From positions 96,001 through 160,000 of the forward strand of contig CAVSHO010000008.1 of the NCBI GenBank assembly GCA_963727825.1: DNA of 64,000 nucleotides, in the 5' to 3' direction. The first letter of the stretch is position 1, and each line of letters begins with the position of its first letter. The stretch comes from Ignavibacteriota bacterium (lineage in GTDB: Bacteria > Bacteroidota > Ignavibacteria > UBA10030). Made by a program: the position numbers and the translations under genes. This document shows, in pieces, positions 11,701 to 20,549 of this stretch. The notes beneath the pieces were generated by a model that was not told the origin of the DNA, ran no database searches, and worked only from the letters and a program-made list of their open reading frames with translations.

Positions 11701-12179
11701 TAATGACATGTAATCGACGGAACGATCCACCGTACTTAAGCGGTGATGCAGCAAATGGAGATCAATTTGAAATCGTTGCAAATCATCCCAACGTTGCTGC
11801 CGATGTATTTACGTTTACATCTGTCGCTGGCGCAGTTAGTAGCTCGCAGGCGCTATCTGATGTAGCGAAGATTAATGTCTTTCCCAATCCGTACCTTGGC
11901 TTTAATAAATTAGAGCCTTCGAATTATGTAAGGTTTGTTACCTTTACGCACTTACCTCAAAAGGCTACAATCCGAATTTATAATCTCGCAGGTATTCTTG
12001 TTCGTACCATTGTGAAAAATGATAAAGGCCAATTAACAACATGGGATTTACAGAACGAATCAGGATTCCCTGTTGCATCGGGTATGTATGTCGCATATAT
12101 TGACCTGCCTGATATTGGTACAACAAAGACTCTAAAACTTGGTATTATTCAAGAACAAGAATTCTTGCATCACTTTTAA
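8793..12179 (+). CDS. Large secreted protein with FN3-like region and T9SS-type C-terminal sorting domain
   Basis: Signal peptide; VVLNW..FEGYNIW..YYFAVTAY; C-terminal VFPNPY..IRIYNLAGILVRTI..WDL..VASGMY; start may be the downstream ATG near 8817. Confidence 0.8.
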   Translation: MKTFRSKTMIVSRILKVSFLILFMTGLVIMPISAKNKDNTPVKGLRKTATNDVYHPMLINNIFNYYSNNGDGSFNNFSSTSEGFEFPKGDNLATCIFEDGIVWGCHQGGQLKVGGSTYWHGLQAGPIITPGTATTDPVADDPSNPANRLFRVRPDLKPISGVTDPDDPAAAGELAIVQNSEVPLIGRYESGIKAEAILAQYWADWNEWPAALGAPFIDVKGNGVYDPTVDIPGVPQADQTMWYVANDLDKVRVNTLAGSTPIGLEMQKTIWAYNLNGALANTIFASTKIINKSGKELDSMYVAQWTDPDLGDANDDFAGCDTIRSLGYIYNGEATDANFAAYNLVVPAAGFDFFQGPIVQGAATDTAIFDLKYRPGFKNLPMTAFNYFINGNATYADPANASYSGTISWYNLLRGLVGTTGAQYINPITKLPTPFVLSGDPVAGTGWIDENMGDRRECLCSGPFKMVPGVSDTQEVVVANIAARGADYLSSVTQLKAADDFAQNIYNRLFSFPTAPAQPKLQIVALDGKVVLNWGDPVAATATESQNANGYTFEGYNIWQCPTNSSGGAKLLATYDVVDSVAVIWDNVYDPALGAKIYKPVQFGTNSGLVRTYQITKDAVKGGGLINDRNYYFAVTAYNFNPTPTLLGASLENAITPVTVVPQATLPGVVYTQKYGDTLVVAHGSGVSDGTVLVTVIDPSALTGDNYKVTFDASGLWSLIDVTKGTTLLTKQAQSATGSVPGGFVVDGMQVTAFGPPPGMKEFLIPSGTRRFSPVGGYTGLGLEGFSSAGDPTAYDPTAGTIGMAGSFLFGGIGTTLTTSQYHTVLLKMAPVPDPVTLWDPKATPTDANYSKAYRYLRHAATSYGVADPSFAPWIINTVGTYPYQDFNYAVPFSAWDMDVTPPMRLAVGCFENNATGASVDGRYWPPLTTGDNTVNREFCFIWSKPYSTTPDPTLQIDIYANTSTPMMWIMTCNRRNDPPYLSGDAANGDQFEIVANHPNVAADVFTFTSVAGAVSSSQALSDVAKINVFPNPYLGFNKLEPSNYVRFVTFTHLPQKATIRIYNLAGILVRTIVKNDKGQLTTWDLQNESGFPVASGMYVAYIDLPDIGTTKTLKLGIIQEQEFLHHF

Positions 12180-12235
12180 TTATTGCTTAATTGAATAAGA
12201 TGATTACAAAAATGAAAATTAAAAGGAGATTCTTA

Positions 12236-13282
12236 ATGAAAAGCCCTATAAAGCAAGCTATTGCTTTCGGAGTGCTCTTTGGGTTGATTCTGCTGTCATC
12301 TGCATATGCAGGCGATGTTAATCGAACCGGTACTGCAGGTGCGCAAGAATTATTGATCCCTGTAGGTGCTCGCGATCTCGCCCTTGGCGGTAGTAGCGTT
12401 GCATTAACAAATGGAGTTGATGCAATTTATTGGAACCCGGCTGGGTTGTCTAGAATAAATTCGGTAGAAGCTATGTTCTCTCACCTCAATTATATCGCTG
12501 ATATTGGAGTAGAATACGGTGCCATCGGTATTAATGCGGGTGATTTTGGAAATCTGGGATTTTCTATGAAGTCAATAAATTTCGGGGACATACCTGTTAC
12601 GACAGAAGATTTACCAGATGGTACCGGTCAAACATATTCGCCGGCTTATTTAACATTGGGCGCGACGTATGCTCGGATGTTAAGTGATCGTATTTCAGTT
12701 GGCGCTACGGTGAATATTATAAATGAATCCATTATGAATACTTCCGCAAATGCCGTAGGATTCGATATTGGCGTGCGGTATGATGGGATCGGGACACCGG
12801 GATTAAATCTTGCAGTCGTTTTGAAGAATGTGGGAACGAATATTTCCTATAGTGGAGCTGGCTTATACCGAACAGGAACCACTACAGACGATCTTCGTGG
12901 CCAACAAATTTACTCATTAGTCGCTTCCACTGCAGAACTTCCTTCCCAGATGGAAATTGCATTAGCGTACAATTATAAATTGGACGAAAAAAATCAGATA
13001 TCAGTATTTGGCGACTTTGAAAACAATAATTATTCAACCGATGTATGGAAATTCGGTGCAGAATTCGCTTTTCAAGATCTTCTCTTCTTGCGAGGTGGAT
13101 ATACCTTTGCACCAAATGATCCAAAAGATGCAACAGGCGCAGCATCGTATTTGTATGACTATACAGCAGGTGCTGGTATAAAATACGACCTCGGTGGAGT
13201 AACTATTGGAGTTGATTATGCTTACCGTCATTTAGTTCAGATGAGTGCGAACAATGTCATATCAGTAAAAATCGGAATCTAA
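12236..13282 (+). CDS. PorV/PorQ-family outer-membrane beta-barrel
   Basis: GTAGAQELLIPVGARDLALGG and AIYWNPAGL motifs; ATG 12236 after AAGGAG. Confidence 0.88.
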   Translation: MKSPIKQAIAFGVLFGLILLSSAYAGDVNRTGTAGAQELLIPVGARDLALGGSSVALTNGVDAIYWNPAGLSRINSVEAMFSHLNYIADIGVEYGAIGINAGDFGNLGFSMKSINFGDIPVTTEDLPDGTGQTYSPAYLTLGATYARMLSDRISVGATVNIINESIMNTSANAVGFDIGVRYDGIGTPGLNLAVVLKNVGTNISYSGAGLYRTGTTTDDLRGQQIYSLVASTAELPSQMEIALAYNYKLDEKNQISVFGDFENNNYSTDVWKFGAEFAFQDLLFLRGGYTFAPNDPKDATGAASYLYDYTAGAGIKYDLGGVTIGVDYAYRHLVQMSANNVISVKIGI

Positions 13283-13305
13283 TAGTCAACTTTGATGTAT
13301 TAATG

Positions 13306-13339
13306 AAGAGGGTTGGAGTTGTTTATCCAACCCTTTTTT
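13306..13339 (+). terminator. Intrinsic terminator closing the TBDR-CTD-PorV operon
   Basis: AGGGTTGGA...TCCAACCCT stem followed by a T run. Confidence 0.8.
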
Positions 13340-13360
13340 ATTCTTCTTTGGGTTTAATAC

Positions 13361-13469
13361 CACGCCGCTTGCGGCGTCATTCCCGTCCCGACAAAGTCGG
13401 GAGGAATCCAAAACGTTAGACTCCCGCGTACGCGGGAGTGACAAAATACTTCGTCCCGCTATGCGGGAC
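13361..13469. repeat. Cluster of REP-like palindromes
   Basis: CGCCGCttGCGGCG; GTCATTCCCG..GGAATCC..ACTCCCGCGTACGCGGGAGTGAC doublet; nested TCCCGACaaaGTCGGGA; GTCCCGCtatGCGGGAC. Confidence 0.75.
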
Positions 13470-13503
13470 TGCAAGGATGTTTATTTTCAATATTAGGGTT
13501 AGT

Positions 13504-15792
13504 ATGCATTATAGAAAATTATTTCTCATCATTGGTTTTTGGATCTGTGTTAGTTCAGATATATATTCCCAAGAGATATCTCCACTACTTCCGGATACTG
13601 GGCAATTGGCGGTTGTTCAAAAGAAGATCGATCTTCGCGGGGGATTAGTTGTTCTCTCGATTGCGATTGCACCTGGTTTTGAAGATATGCCTACTCTCGC
13701 ATATTTTCGCCTGAAAAAGGGAGCCGAAATAGGATGCGTATATATTACTAATGGAGAAGATTTTCCAGATTATGAATTCGGAAAGAATGCGTACGAAACA
13801 GCTAAACAAAGAAAGGAAGAGGCATATCAAGCCATGTCTTTGCTAAATGGCGAAGCATTCTTTTTGAATGTTCCTGCTTTTATGTGTTTGTCGATTGAAG
13901 ATGATACCGCTGAAATTGGAAAATATTTTCTAAAACTTGATAAAGTAATCTCTGAAATAAAACCTGACGTAATATTGTTAAATTCTGATTATATCTTTTG
14001 GAAGGGAAAATCAAAACGATTGCAGGCGATAGAGAAAAATGTTGAAGCGACTCTTAGCCGATTAAAAAAAACGAATCAATGGAATGATTTAAAAATATTC
14101 GCACAATCAAACGAAAATAGCAAGGGAGATCTAATTCAAGTCGGCGAGTATAATATTCCGAGAAAGAAAACTTACCGGGATATTGCTGAAGACATTAAAA
14201 TGCAATATAGAAGTCTGAAGACTTGGTTTTCTATTTGGAAAGATTCCTACAAACCGCGTTATATCTCTGTATATCCAAAAAGGAATAACCAACCAAGACT
14301 GTCTGAGATTAATTCTCCGGTTATTCCTCCAAGACTTACAGAAATCGCTTCGGCTGTAAAAGAGATAGCTGAATCGGAAGAAAGACGATCATCCGAAAAC
14401 CAACTTAATCATTTGTACGAGACAATTTCAAAGATCGATTTTTTCATTAACCATATTCAAAAAACTCTTAGTCTACAAGAAAAGAAACTTCTTCTCTTTT
14501 GGAAGGATAAAATAGAAGAATACAGATGTGTATTACATAATGTGTTTATCCCGTATATTCTGCGGAATAAAGAAGTAACCGCTTCGCAATTATTTTTCGT
14601 AAAAATAGGTTCCTTGGATCCGTGGATAAAAAATGGAAATACTCATCTGTTATTTCCTGGAGTTATTGAACGGAAATGGTTAGTGGACACTAGGCAAGAC
14701 TATTCATATCCATTGTTGCCGGATACTACTTGGCGTATTATATCACCCGATGTGTTTCCATTAACTTCGCCTGTGAATGAACCTGGATATAACGCTCTGC
14801 AAATGAGGAATAAATTCACGTTTATGGTAGTGCACCAAGAAGAACAAGTATTAGATAATTTTGTCTATCAAAAGGATATTCCTCTTATAGCCGTGTCACC
14901 TCACTCCCTTGAAGTGTTAACTCCTTATTTGTTTGCAAACCGTGATAGCACTGTAGTTATTAAAATTACGAATAATGTTTTCAATGCAATGAAAGGAGAA
15001 TTACAGGCAGAGGATTCATTGGTTTCTATATTGCCGCATAGCATTTCACTCCCTCCTAAATCAACAATGATAGATAGTCTAATGCTACATTGGAAGGGAA
15101 AATATTTTGATGGTGAGCACGAAGTCATTCTCAAAAGCAAAAAGAATAATTCGTTTGGAAGTTTTATCTATAAAGGATTAGGAATAAACACAGGAGCGAA
15201 ACAATCGGTTGGCGTTTTCTCGATGATTGATCGAACTCCTCTATTATTTGCCTTGCAGCATATGGGTTATGCCTCTATTGATCTTGATACTGCAAATATA
15301 CGATGGTCTGAAAATATTTCTACTGTTATCATAGATGAGGAGTCCTCGAAGAATATCAACTCTAATCCTAATGTGAAGAAAAAAATAAGAGATTGGATAT
15401 GGGCGGGCGGTAAATTAGTAGTATTGCCACAGTATATTCCTCATACAAGTCAAGTACCGGATGATTCAGTAGTTTTTAGTTACAATAACTCAGTCATTTC
15501 GATGCATAATATAAATGTAGATACTACTCAATTTCTATTCCATTATCCAAATATTATAGATATCATGAAATGGCAAAATGCAGGTTCGGTTATTTCCTAT
15601 GGTGAAATTCATATTAAGATGAATATGCCAGTTAATATTCCTATTACATCTCAAAGCACAAGAATGCCCCTTATGGTATTTCGTCATTATGGTCAAGGGG
15701 TTATCATATATATAGCATTAAATTTGCATCCCCAGCTGCTCACTATTCAACCAGAAGCATATAAATTTCTTGCGAATATCTTGAGTAATTGA
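13504..15792 (+). CDS. Exported PIG-L/LmbE-deacetylase-like multidomain protein, metal motif degenerate
   Basis: VLSIAIAPGFED in place of VLxIxAHPDDE, then YITNGE and RKEEAYQA; C-terminal WIWAGGKLVVLPQY..YGQGVIIY..PEAYKFLANILS typical of long Bacteroidota PIG-L proteins; start uncertain. Confidence 0.6.
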   Translation: MHYRKLFLIIGFWICVSSDIYSQEISPLLPDTGQLAVVQKKIDLRGGLVVLSIAIAPGFEDMPTLAYFRLKKGAEIGCVYITNGEDFPDYEFGKNAYETAKQRKEEAYQAMSLLNGEAFFLNVPAFMCLSIEDDTAEIGKYFLKLDKVISEIKPDVILLNSDYIFWKGKSKRLQAIEKNVEATLSRLKKTNQWNDLKIFAQSNENSKGDLIQVGEYNIPRKKTYRDIAEDIKMQYRSLKTWFSIWKDSYKPRYISVYPKRNNQPRLSEINSPVIPPRLTEIASAVKEIAESEERRSSENQLNHLYETISKIDFFINHIQKTLSLQEKKLLLFWKDKIEEYRCVLHNVFIPYILRNKEVTASQLFFVKIGSLDPWIKNGNTHLLFPGVIERKWLVDTRQDYSYPLLPDTTWRIISPDVFPLTSPVNEPGYNALQMRNKFTFMVVHQEEQVLDNFVYQKDIPLIAVSPHSLEVLTPYLFANRDSTVVIKITNNVFNAMKGELQAEDSLVSILPHSISLPPKSTMIDSLMLHWKGKYFDGEHEVILKSKKNNSFGSFIYKGLGINTGAKQSVGVFSMIDRTPLLFALQHMGYASIDLDTANIRWSENISTVIIDEESSKNINSNPNVKKKIRDWIWAGGKLVVLPQYIPHTSQVPDDSVVFSYNNSVISMHNINVDTTQFLFHYPNIIDIMKWQNAGSVISYGEIHIKMNMPVNIPITSQSTRMPLMVFRHYGQGVIIYIALNLHPQLLTIQPEAYKFLANILSN

Positions 15793-15947
15793 TCGTAGGG
15801 AATATATTGCGTATAATTATTATATTTTACTTTTATGTTTTTCAAATAGTTTGCTGTCTACAATATAGTTTGTTCATCTCATTAAATATTCCCGTTATTA
15901 AGAGATTTATTTTCAGTTCAATTGTGATTTAATAAGAAAGCTGAATA

Positions 15948-17324
15948 ATGAAGAAAATTATTTTCCTTTATATCCTCCTTGCCTTGTTTTATCAGTGGAA
16001 TGATAAAACGACAATTCTCAACGCCCAAAAAAATAATAGGTTTACAATCAATGCAGTTTTTGACAGATTCTGGCAAACGGATTCTACTTCATTCCTTGAA
16101 ATAGCGACTGAATGTTATCCTCGTCAAGTCTTGTTGAAAAGAGATTCACTGGGATACCACGGGAATGTCGAATTTCGCATTACAATTCAAAATACCGCCG
16201 ATGGGAAAATTATTCAGGCTGATCGGTTTTATGTCCCTGTTTACATACAAGATACTTCTGCAGCCGCGGTATCAAAATCGCTATTAAGCAAAGTGACCTA
16301 TGTCTTAAAACGTGGTTCATACTCGGTTGCATTGTATGGATTTGACAGCGGTGACATTTCGCGGAGGGATAGTGCACGTTTTGTTATTGATATCCTGCCG
16401 AGACCAAGTACCGTTGTTCTCAGCGATCTGGAATTATGCGCTAACATTGTTGAATCGACAGATAAAACGGATGTTTTTTATAAAAATTCGTATCGTGTAA
16501 TTCCTAATCCGAGCCTTGTTTTTGGCTCAAGCGGATCCCCCGTCGTATTTACTTATTCAGAGCTATATAATCTTCAAAATGGATTTATCTATTCAATAAA
16601 ATTGCAAATTATTGATTCGAGGGGACTGGTCTGCAAACAACGAACACGATTGCGTAAATTCTCAATAAATAATGCAGTTGATATTGCAATGCTCAATATC
16701 ACATCCCTTGTCTCCGGGAGATATATTTGTCAATATATATTATCAGATACCTTGGGACACGAGATTACGCGATCGCAGAAAAAGGTTTTCATATATAATC
16801 CAAATGTTCAACCCCTGGCCGCAGTAAAATATTCTGCGAAAGGGGCAGAATTAGCAGGCCTTTCTGATGATGAATTAATAGATGAATTCCGGAAGCTAAA
16901 ATATCTTGTAAATGATGACATGATTAGAACTTTTAATAAAATCTCGTCACAGGATGGAAGACGGGAATTTTTAGCAAGATTTTGGACAGATGTTGAGAGC
17001 GGACAACATGAAGGAATCGATTTCACCCGTACAATCTTTTTGGATCGTATTATCACTGCTAATCAACGATATCATGCGATGGGAAAAGAGGGCTGGCTGA
17101 CGGACCGAGGTCGTGTGTATTTGCTGTACGCCGAACCAGATGAAGTTGAACGATTCCCTAGTTCGAGTGTGAATAAGCCTTATGAAATTTGGCACTATAA
17201 TCAGATCGAAAGTGGTGTTATTTTTGTCTTTATTGATAGATCGGGATTGGGAAACTATACACTTGTCCACTCTACGAAACGTGGCGAAATCCAGGATGAA
17301 TCATGGCAAAAATATTTGCAATAA
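15948..17324 (+). CDS. GWxTD domain-containing protein
   Basis: FLARFW..GWLTDRGRVYLLYAEPDE..PYEIWHY..FVFID; signal peptide. Confidence 0.9.
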   Translation: MKKIIFLYILLALFYQWNDKTTILNAQKNNRFTINAVFDRFWQTDSTSFLEIATECYPRQVLLKRDSLGYHGNVEFRITIQNTADGKIIQADRFYVPVYIQDTSAAAVSKSLLSKVTYVLKRGSYSVALYGFDSGDISRRDSARFVIDILPRPSTVVLSDLELCANIVESTDKTDVFYKNSYRVIPNPSLVFGSSGSPVVFTYSELYNLQNGFIYSIKLQIIDSRGLVCKQRTRLRKFSINNAVDIAMLNITSLVSGRYICQYILSDTLGHEITRSQKKVFIYNPNVQPLAAVKYSAKGAELAGLSDDELIDEFRKLKYLVNDDMIRTFNKISSQDGRREFLARFWTDVESGQHEGIDFTRTIFLDRIITANQRYHAMGKEGWLTDRGRVYLLYAEPDEVERFPSSSVNKPYEIWHYNQIESGVIFVFIDRSGLGNYTLVHSTKRGEIQDESWQKYLQ

Positions 17325-18178
17325 TTCTTAGTGTATTTATTGGGTTGGTTTCAGCATTCGCTCAATCGGTTGATTCTGTTCTAGTTGAAGATTATTCCAT
17401 TGGTTCATTCCAGCGAGCGACGCGCATTGTGCCGGGGACAAACGGAGCAATATATATTCTCGACTCGGACGAAAATAAAGTATTGTTTTTTTCTAATCTT
17501 CAAGATACTCCAAAAACTATTGGAGGGTTTGGCTGGTCGTCTTCTTCATTCGATAAACCCACAGGTGTTGCAACGGATGGAGTGAATGTATACATCTCTG
17601 ATTTTGGCAATCATCGAATTCAGCGGTTCGATCGAGATCTCAATTATATATCATCACTTTCAACCAGAGATACTTCCGATGTTAGCTCTCGGTTTGGTTA
17701 TCCTCTTGATGTTGCCTTATCTGAGTTTGGAGATATATTTATCCTGGACGGTGAAAATATCCGCGTGATGAAGTTCAATGCTCAGGGTCTCTTCGAACGT
17801 GCATTCGGTGATATAAATGCCGGGAAGGGTAAGCTTCAGAATCCAGTGAAACTTATTGCAACAAATTCTCGCATTTTTGTTGGTGATAAAAACAAAGTAA
17901 TTGTATATGATTATTTCGGCAATTATCTCGGAAGCATCGGTGAAGGTATTATTAATAACCTCATTGGTTTTACGATTTTGACAAACGGACTTCTTGCCGC
18001 ATCAAACAACATGATCTTGTGGTTTACACGAGAAGGTGATTTGCAAAAGTCTTCTTCGCTCGATAATATTATTTCAGGAGAACGAATTGACCAAATCCAG
18101 GATGTCGCTTGTAATGGCAAACAATTATTTATCCTTTCACCACACAAGATTCATGTGTTTAAGATGAGTAATAATTGA
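17303..18178 (+). CDS. Secreted NHL-repeat beta-propeller protein
   Basis: FDKPTGVATDG.NVYISDFGNHRIQRFD, YPLDVAL..GDIFILD repeats; signal peptide. Confidence 0.82.
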   Translation: MAKIFAIILSVFIGLVSAFAQSVDSVLVEDYSIGSFQRATRIVPGTNGAIYILDSDENKVLFFSNLQDTPKTIGGFGWSSSSFDKPTGVATDGVNVYISDFGNHRIQRFDRDLNYISSLSTRDTSDVSSRFGYPLDVALSEFGDIFILDGENIRVMKFNAQGLFERAFGDINAGKGKLQNPVKLIATNSRIFVGDKNKVIVYDYFGNYLGSIGEGIINNLIGFTILTNGLLAASNNMILWFTREGDLQKSSSLDNIISGERIDQIQDVACNGKQLFILSPHKIHVFKMSNN

Positions 18179-18274
18179 TTCCCTTATGCCAAATCTTGAC
18201 ATTCGTTTTTAATTATCCTAATTTTATGCAGTATTATTGATAAATCCACTACCCACTTTTAAGGAGGAAACACT

Positions 18275-18706
18275 ATGGCATCTAAAAGCGTTAATAAAAT
18301 CATTCTTATAGGAAATCTTGGACAGGATCCCGAGCTGCGGTATACAAGCAGTGGCGTTGCGGTGGCGTCATTTTCGATGGCGACCAGTGAATCATGGAAA
18401 GATCAGGATGGGAATGTTCAGGAAAAAACCCAATGGCATAAACTTGTTGCGTGGAGAAAACTTGCTGAAATTGTGGGTGAGTATTTGAAAAAAGGCAGCA
18501 AGGTATATGTTGAAGGGCGTATACAATATCGAACTTATGATGATAAGAATGGTGTTAAACGGGATGTCACAGAGATTGTTATAGATCAGATGCTTATGTT
18601 GGATTCTAAAGGTGCAAGTCATGCAAATGGAGCGCCTGCTTCTGCGCCATCGCAGCCTCAGACTGAAGATGTTGGTCCAGATAAAGCAGATGATTTACCA
18701 TTCTAA
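18275..18706 (+). CDS. ssb: Single-stranded DNA-binding protein
   Basis: [27 protein letters not shown], acidic DDLPF tip; AAGGAGG RBS. Confidence 0.97.
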   Translation: MASKSVNKIILIGNLGQDPELRYTSSGVAVASFSMATSESWKDQDGNVQEKTQWHKLVAWRKLAEIVGEYLKKGSKVYVEGRIQYRTYDDKNGVKRDVTEIVIDQMLMLDSKGASHANGAPASAPSQPQTEDVGPDKADDLPF

Positions 18707-18715
18707 ATACCGTAC

Positions 18716-18747
18716 AAGCCCTGTATTCTTTAGAATACAGGGCTTTT
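18716..18747 (+). terminator. Intrinsic terminator after ssb
   Basis: AAGCCCTGTATTCT-tt-AGAATACAGGGCTT perfect stem plus T tract. Confidence 0.85.
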
Positions 18748-18776
18748 CGTTTCTCAATTCATTTTTTTCTTCTCTT

Positions 18777-20492
18777 ATAAATCCTCGAATTATTAATATT
18801 ATCTTTTTCTGCCTTATTTTTTTCTTGGTTCAACCATCCTTTTCCGGTGTTGCTGACAATCATATTAAGAAGACGACTAGGACTAAGCAAGGAATGGTTG
18901 TCACATCGGAACCGAATGCATCGCATGTAGGTATTCAAATCCTGAAACAGGGTGGAAATTCCATAGATGCAGCAGTCGCCGTCGGATTTGCCCTTGCTGT
19001 GACACATCCACAGGCAGGCAATATCGGAGGAGGAGGTTTCATGGTGATCCGTATGGAAGATGGAACCACAACGACATTTGATTATCGTGAAAAAGCTCCA
19101 GCGAAATCTACAAAAAATATGTTCCTTGATGATAAAGGGAACTATCTCCCGGAGAAAAGTCAGGAGGGATATTTAGCATGCGGTGTCCCAGGGTCAGTCG
19201 CCGGAATGCTGCTTGCTCTTGAGAAATTTGGAATACTAAGCAGAGCACAAGTTTTGCGACCGGCCATTGAACTTGCTATGAAAGGATTCAGAGTTAGTGC
19301 ACCATTTGCTCGAGATCTTAACTTTGCATTGGAAAATTATGGAAAGTATCCGGCCACGAAAATTTTATGTTCGTATAATGGTAAACCATACAAAAAGTGT
19401 GATATATTTATTCAACCCGATCTTGCAAGAACTTTAAAACGCATAGCAATAGATGGAAGGGATGGTTTCTATAAAGGTGAAACTGCAAGGCTCATCGTTG
19501 CCGAGATGAATCGCGGCGGCGGATTGATCACGTTTGATGATCTTGCTTCGTATAAAGCGATCGAGCGATCTCCTTTGCGGGGAAGTTACCGCGGATATGA
19601 GATAATCTCTATGGGACCTCCAAGCTCTGGTGGTGTGTTGTTGATTCATATGCTTAATCTTTTAGAGAAATATGATATTGCCGGATCTGGGTTCGGTTCA
19701 GTTAATTCCGTAAGCATTTTGACAGAAACAATGAAGCTAGCATATGCGGACCGGGCCGAATTTCTTGGAGACCCCGATTTTTTCCATGTCCCGGTCAAAA
19801 TCCTTCTCTCAAAATCCTATGCCGATGAACGTAGGAAGCTAATTGTACCGGAAACAGCAAAACCGAGTACAACTATCTCTCATGGGGTTATCATCCAAAC
19901 AGAACATAATGAGACCACACACTATTCAATAATCGATCGATGGGGAAATGCGGTGAGCACAACTACAACGATCAATGGATGGTTCGGGAATGGTGTTGTT
20001 GTTGATGGTGCAGGATTCTTTTTGAATAATGAAATGGATGATTTTTCCGCTAAACCCGGTGTACCAAATATGTTTGGCGTTATAGGTGCAGAGGCTAATG
20101 CAGTTCAGCCGAATAAACGAATGCTTAGCAGCATGACACCAACGATTGTTGTGAAGGATAAAAAGCCTTTCCTCATTCTGGGCTCACCCGGCGGATCAAC
20201 GATCATTACGACAGTTTTACAAGTGTTGATGAACGTAGTGGACTATGGCATGAATCTCAGACAAGCGGTTGACGCGCCGCGAATTCATCATCAATGGTTA
20301 CCTGATACGCTTTGCTATGAGCAGTCGGCCTTTTCGAAAGATGTAGCTCAAGAATTGAAGCGTCGTGGTTTTGTTTTGGCAGAGCGACCGGGGCATCAGG
20401 GTAGAGTAGAAGCAATTATGATTAACCCGAATAATGGATTGTACCTGGGAGTTTCTGATTCCAGGGGATATGGTTTAGCAGTTGGATATTGA
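18777..20492 (+). CDS. ggt: Gamma-glutamyltransferase (start codon uncertain)
   Basis: GGNSIDAAVA, GNIGGGGF, autoproteolytic ETTHYS, NNEMDDF, RMLSSMTP, GSPGGS. Confidence 0.93.
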   Translation: MNPRIINIIFFCLIFFLVQPSFSGVADNHIKKTTRTKQGMVVTSEPNASHVGIQILKQGGNSIDAAVAVGFALAVTHPQAGNIGGGGFMVIRMEDGTTTTFDYREKAPAKSTKNMFLDDKGNYLPEKSQEGYLACGVPGSVAGMLLALEKFGILSRAQVLRPAIELAMKGFRVSAPFARDLNFALENYGKYPATKILCSYNGKPYKKCDIFIQPDLARTLKRIAIDGRDGFYKGETARLIVAEMNRGGGLITFDDLASYKAIERSPLRGSYRGYEIISMGPPSSGGVLLIHMLNLLEKYDIAGSGFGSVNSVSILTETMKLAYADRAEFLGDPDFFHVPVKILLSKSYADERRKLIVPETAKPSTTISHGVIIQTEHNETTHYSIIDRWGNAVSTTTTINGWFGNGVVVDGAGFFLNNEMDDFSAKPGVPNMFGVIGAEANAVQPNKRMLSSMTPTIVVKDKKPFLILGSPGGSTIITTVLQVLMNVVDYGMNLRQAVDAPRIHHQWLPDTLCYEQSAFSKDVAQELKRRGFVLAERPGHQGRVEAIMINPNNGLYLGVSDSRGYGLAVGY

Positions 20493-20549
20493 ATTGCATG
20501 TTTATTGGAAGTTCAGTACGTTTACGATAATATAATTCGTTCTTTTAAT

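Noticed and set aside
13361-13469. Palindrome cluster as a CRISPR array
   Set aside because: No identical direct repeats with regular spacers and no cas genes; no CRISPR array is seen anywhere in the window.
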